Shown here piece by piece: positions 60,864 to 64,000 of a stretch of 64,000 nt of DNA. The notes beneath the pieces are model-generated. The model was not told the DNA's origin and searched no databases. It saw nothing but the letters and a program-made list of their open reading frames with translations. Each line of letters begins with the position of its first letter. Position 1 is the stretch's first letter. The position numbers and the translations under genes were made by a program. This stretch comes from Candidatus Coprovivens sp. (GTDB lineage Bacteria; Bacillota_I; Bacilli_A; RF39; UBA660): positions 2,111 to 66,110 of the forward strand of contig JAZOOK010000184.1 of assembly GCA_045654965.1 (NCBI GenBank). The letters run 5' to 3'.

Positions 60864-61638
60864 TACGACTAATCACTTCCTTTGCTAAATTTTGATAAGC
60901 TAATGTTGCACGGCTTGTTGGATCATAATCACCAATTGGTTTTCCGTGGCTTGGTGCTTCTACTAACTTAACAAGTCTTGGGATTATAGTATTGAATACT
61001 TTGTTTTTGAAGTATTTTCTTACTTCTTCAATTACTTCTAATCCTATATTTGTTCTTCCATCTAACATTGTTAGTAGTACGCCTTCAATTCTTAGTTCAG
61101 GGTTCATATTTGATTGTACCATTATGATTGAGTTAAGTAATTGAGTAATACCTTCTAATGCGAAGAATTCACATTGTACTGGAATTATTACTGAATTACT
61201 TGCTACTAGGGCATTCATTGTAGTAATACCTAGTGATGGTTGACAATCTATGATGATGTATTCGTATTTTTCTTGAACTTCTGCTATTTTGTTTTTTAGT
61301 TGTTCATTTTGTCTGAACTCTGGATCTTCAAGCATTTGTTTTACGAATTCTACATCTACTCCTGCTAAATTTATAGTAGAAGGAATTAATGATAAGTTTT
61401 TGAATTTTGTTTTAACAATTCCTTCTTGTATTGTACAATTACCTGTCAATACATCATATATGTCATGTTTAAAATCTCCGTTATTATATCCTAACCCTGT
61501 AGAGGCATTGCCTTGAGGGTCTAAATCTATAAGTAATGTTTTTTTACCTTCTTTACCAAGTGCGGCAGCTAAATTTATACTAGTTGTAGTTTTACCAACT
61601 CCACCCTTTTGATTTACAAGTGAAATAACTTTTGCCAT
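60853..61638 (-). CDS. parA: Chromosome partitioning ATPase ParA/Soj
   Basis: Deviant Walker A KGGVGKTTT. Start at MAKVISL with RBS AAGGTGG; the track ORF extends 16 codons upstream. Confidence 0.9.
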   Translation of the reverse strand: MAKVISLVNQKGGVGKTTTSINLAAALGKEGKKTLLIDLDPQGNASTGLGYNNGDFKHDIYDVLTGNCTIQEGIVKTKFKNLSLIPSTINLAGVDVEFVKQMLEDPEFRQNEQLKNKIAEVQEKYEYIIIDCQPSLGITTMNALVASNSVIIPVQCEFFALEGITQLLNSIIMVQSNMNPELRIEGVLLTMLDGRTNIGLEVIEEVRKYFKNKVFNTIIPRLVKLVEAPSHGKPIGDYDPTSRATLAYQNLAKEVISRNGE

Positions 61639-61773
61639 AATATGTACCACCTTTTCATGTATTATTTCTCTAAATAATTTTATCATATATAGATGGAAAT
61701 GTCATAGGTTTTATTGTTTTTAATTGAAATAAAAAAGGAAAACTTAATTTTGATTAGTTTTCCTTTTTAAATA

Positions 61774-63681
61774 TTATTCTTCTGATTTAGTAGATTCTTC
61801 TTTTTCTTCTACTTCAGTTTTTTCTTTTTTAGTTTCTGGCATTTTACCAGTTTCTACTAAAGATCTAATTTGTTCTCTATTTAATGTTTCATGTTCCATT
61901 AATGTATCAGCAAGTAATAATACTAGAGTTTCATGTTTTGATAATAGTTTTTTAGCATTTTTATAACATTCATCAAGTATTTTTCTTACTTCTTTATCTA
62001 CTTCTAATGCAACTTGATCAGAGTAATCTTTTGATTTAGCATAATCTCTACCTAAGAATACTCCTTCTTGTTCATGTTCAAGTTGAACAAGTCCAAGGTC
62101 ACTCATACCGTATTTAGTAACCATTGCTCTAGCAATCTTAGTAGCACGTTTTAAATCGTCAGAAGCACCTGTAGTAATTTCTCCTATGAAGTTTTCTTCA
62201 CTAGCACGCCCACCTAGTAATCCAGTTATTTGAGATACTAGTTCTTCTTTTGTCATGATAGCCATTTTTTCTTCTTTAGGAAGCATCATTGTATAACCAC
62301 CAGCTACACCTCTAGGTATAATTGTGATTTTATGTACTTCTTGTGCATCTTGTAGTTTTAATCCAATTACAGCATGTCCTGCTTCATGAATTGCAACTAA
62401 ACGTTTTTCTTTTTCTGTTATTACACGAGATTTTTTAGCAGGTCCTAAAAGAACTCTGTCTGTAGCTTCGTCAATTTCTTCCATTGTGATAGCTTTTTTA
62501 TCTCTTCTTACTGCTAATAATGCAGCTTCATTTAGTAAGTTTTCAAGGTCTGCTCCACTGAATCCTGGAGTTCTTTGACTTACATTTTTTAAATTTACTT
62601 CATCAGCAAATGTTTTGTTTTTAGCATGTACACCAAGAATTTCTTCTCTTTCTTGAGAATCAGGTAAACTTACTGTTACTTGTCTGTCGAATCTTCCTGG
62701 TCTTAATAATGCTGGGTCTAATACGTCTGGTCTATTTGTAGCAGCGATGATAATAATACCTTCGTTTACTCCAAATCCGTCCATTTCAGTTAGTAATTGG
62801 TTAAGTGTTTGTTCACGTTCATCATGTCCTCCACCTAAACCTGTACCTCTTTGACGACCTACTGCATCGATTTCGTCGATGAATATTAAGCATGGCGCAC
62901 TTTGTTTAGCTTGTTTGAACATATCTCTAACACGAGATGCACCAATACCAACGAATAGTTCTACGAAATCAGAACCACTTATGTAGTAGAATGGTACGTT
63001 TGCTTCACCTGCAACTGCTTTAGCAAGTAAAGTTTTACCTGTTCCTGGAGGCCCTACTAATAAAACACCTTTAGGAATTCTAGCTCCTAATTTTTGGAAT
63101 TTTTTAGGATTTTTTAAGAAATCGATAAGTTCTTGTACTTCTTCTTTTTCTTCTTTTAAACCAGCTACGTCAGTGAATCTAACTTGTCCGCCATCTTCAC
63201 TTAATTTAGCACGGCTTTTACCAAAGTCCATAGATTTATTGTTACCAGCAGATATTCTAGTAAATAGAACGTATCCACCAACAATTAAAATGATAAATGG
63301 AACTGTATTAATTACAAGATACATTAAATCACTTGATCCTGGATCTTTATTTGTGTCAAATGCTTTTATATCATTAGCTTCTACATAATCAGTAATATAT
63401 GATACTTCATCAGCTGTAGCAATTATTTTAGCTGTGAATTTTTCGTCTTTTTTGTATCCATCTAATTTACCTTCGATGTAAACTAATCCTTCACTACTTT
63501 TTGGTGTGATAGTAATTTCTGTTACATTACCCGCTTTTAATTCTTGAATTAATTCTCCTGTTGAAAGTTTATTTGGTTTGTTTCCACTACCCATGAATAT
63601 GAAAACAACTAAGAATGCTGCAACAAGAATTATATAAGGTGCTGCTCCAGAAAGAATATTATTTCTTCTTTTCTTTTTCAT
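61774..63681 (-). CDS. ftsH: ATP-dependent zinc metalloprotease FtsH
   Basis: Two TM helices; AAA Walker A GPPGTGKT; SRH; HEAGH zinc site. Confidence 0.9.
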   Translation of the reverse strand: MKKKRRNNILSGAAPYIILVAAFLVVFIFMGSGNKPNKLSTGELIQELKAGNVTEITITPKSSEGLVYIEGKLDGYKKDEKFTAKIIATADEVSYITDYVEANDIKAFDTNKDPGSSDLMYLVINTVPFIILIVGGYVLFTRISAGNNKSMDFGKSRAKLSEDGGQVRFTDVAGLKEEKEEVQELIDFLKNPKKFQKLGARIPKGVLLVGPPGTGKTLLAKAVAGEANVPFYYISGSDFVELFVGIGASRVRDMFKQAKQSAPCLIFIDEIDAVGRQRGTGLGGGHDEREQTLNQLLTEMDGFGVNEGIIIIAATNRPDVLDPALLRPGRFDRQVTVSLPDSQEREEILGVHAKNKTFADEVNLKNVSQRTPGFSGADLENLLNEAALLAVRRDKKAITMEEIDEATDRVLLGPAKKSRVITEKEKRLVAIHEAGHAVIGLKLQDAQEVHKITIIPRGVAGGYTMMLPKEEKMAIMTKEELVSQITGLLGGRASEENFIGEITTGASDDLKRATKIARAMVTKYGMSDLGLVQLEHEQEGVFLGRDYAKSKDYSDQVALEVDKEVRKILDECYKNAKKLLSKHETLVLLLADTLMEHETLNREQIRSLVETGKMPETKKEKTEVEEKEESTKSEE

Positions 63682-63710
63682 GTTTGTCTCCTTCTAATTT
63701 TTGTATAAAT

Positions 63711-64000
63711 TTAATTATACCATAATATTATATCATAGTTTTCATTCTTTGCTTTATCAAATTTAGATTTTTTTATACCTGGTAACCAAACAATATTTCC
63801 TTCTTTATCGACAACAATTGGTTGGGTTTCTCTTTCTTCCTTTGATAGTTTACTATTGATAAAAATGTCTTTTATTTTTTTAGATGATTCCATGTTTTTT
63901 ACATACATCTTGTCTCCATCTTTACGTGTTCTTACATATAATGGTAAAGTTATTTCTTTACTATTCAATCTGATGTAATTATTACTGTTACTATCCGCTT
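63711..64000 (-). CDS. tilS: tRNA(Ile)-lysidine synthetase, C-terminal part only; gene continues beyond the right edge
   Basis: TilS C-terminal domain pattern (PLYVRTRKDGDKM...KKIKDIFI...GNIVWLPG). The reading frame stays open through to position 64000. Confidence 0.6.
   Translation of the reverse strand, partial: ADSNSNNYIRLNSKEITLPLYVRTRKDGDKMYVKNMESSKKIKDIFINSKLSKEERETQPIVVDKEGNIVWLPGIKKSKFDKAKNENYDIILWYN

Noticed and set aside
1-64000. CRISPR arrays, IS elements, integrases, phage genes
   Set aside because: There are no spacer-repeat arrays; the only tandem repeats are intragenic (57 bp x3; diverged Cys modules). No transposase, recombinase or phage structural motifs were recognised in any frame.

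Overview
AT-rich (~29% GC) Bacillota chromosome segment read with the standard genetic code. The gene content (Spo0A-like, GerQ-like, WhiA, WalJ without WalRK, MurCD present) suggests a reduced lineage derived from a spore-former, possibly Erysipelotrichia; that is inference, not a database result. Core content: a partial tmRNA 5' end at the left edge (minus strand); pheS-pheT behind a Phe T-box leader; a complete S10-spc-alpha ribosomal operon on the minus strand (16.7-30.0 kb) lacking rpmD and map; a glycolytic gap-pgk-[Spo0A-like]-gpmI cluster directly upstream of S10; a TGS/uridine-kinase fusion; whiA-yvcK; ftsE-ftsX-M23; rlmH-walJ-M23/LysM-dnaB-rplI; cca; murD-murC; rpsR-ssb-rpsF-ychF; an AbgT-family transporter; DUF951; MscS; parAB; ftsH; and a partial tilS. 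Less conserved blocks: 0.1-8.1 kb (a consensus-promoter operon encoding two membrane-anchored extracellular proteins, one a Cys-rich tandem-module protein; tandem paralogous membrane-anchored XRE regulators; TraX; alpha/beta hydrolase; metallophosphoesterase) and 11.8-16.6 kb (HExxH membrane protein, polytopic membrane protein, DUF1292, an 822-aa coiled-coil protein with 57-bp tandem repeats). No CRISPR array, transposase, integrase or prophage genes are visible. The most unusual single gene is a Spo0A-type regulator with an atypical receiver sitting where tpiA normally lies in the glycolytic operon.
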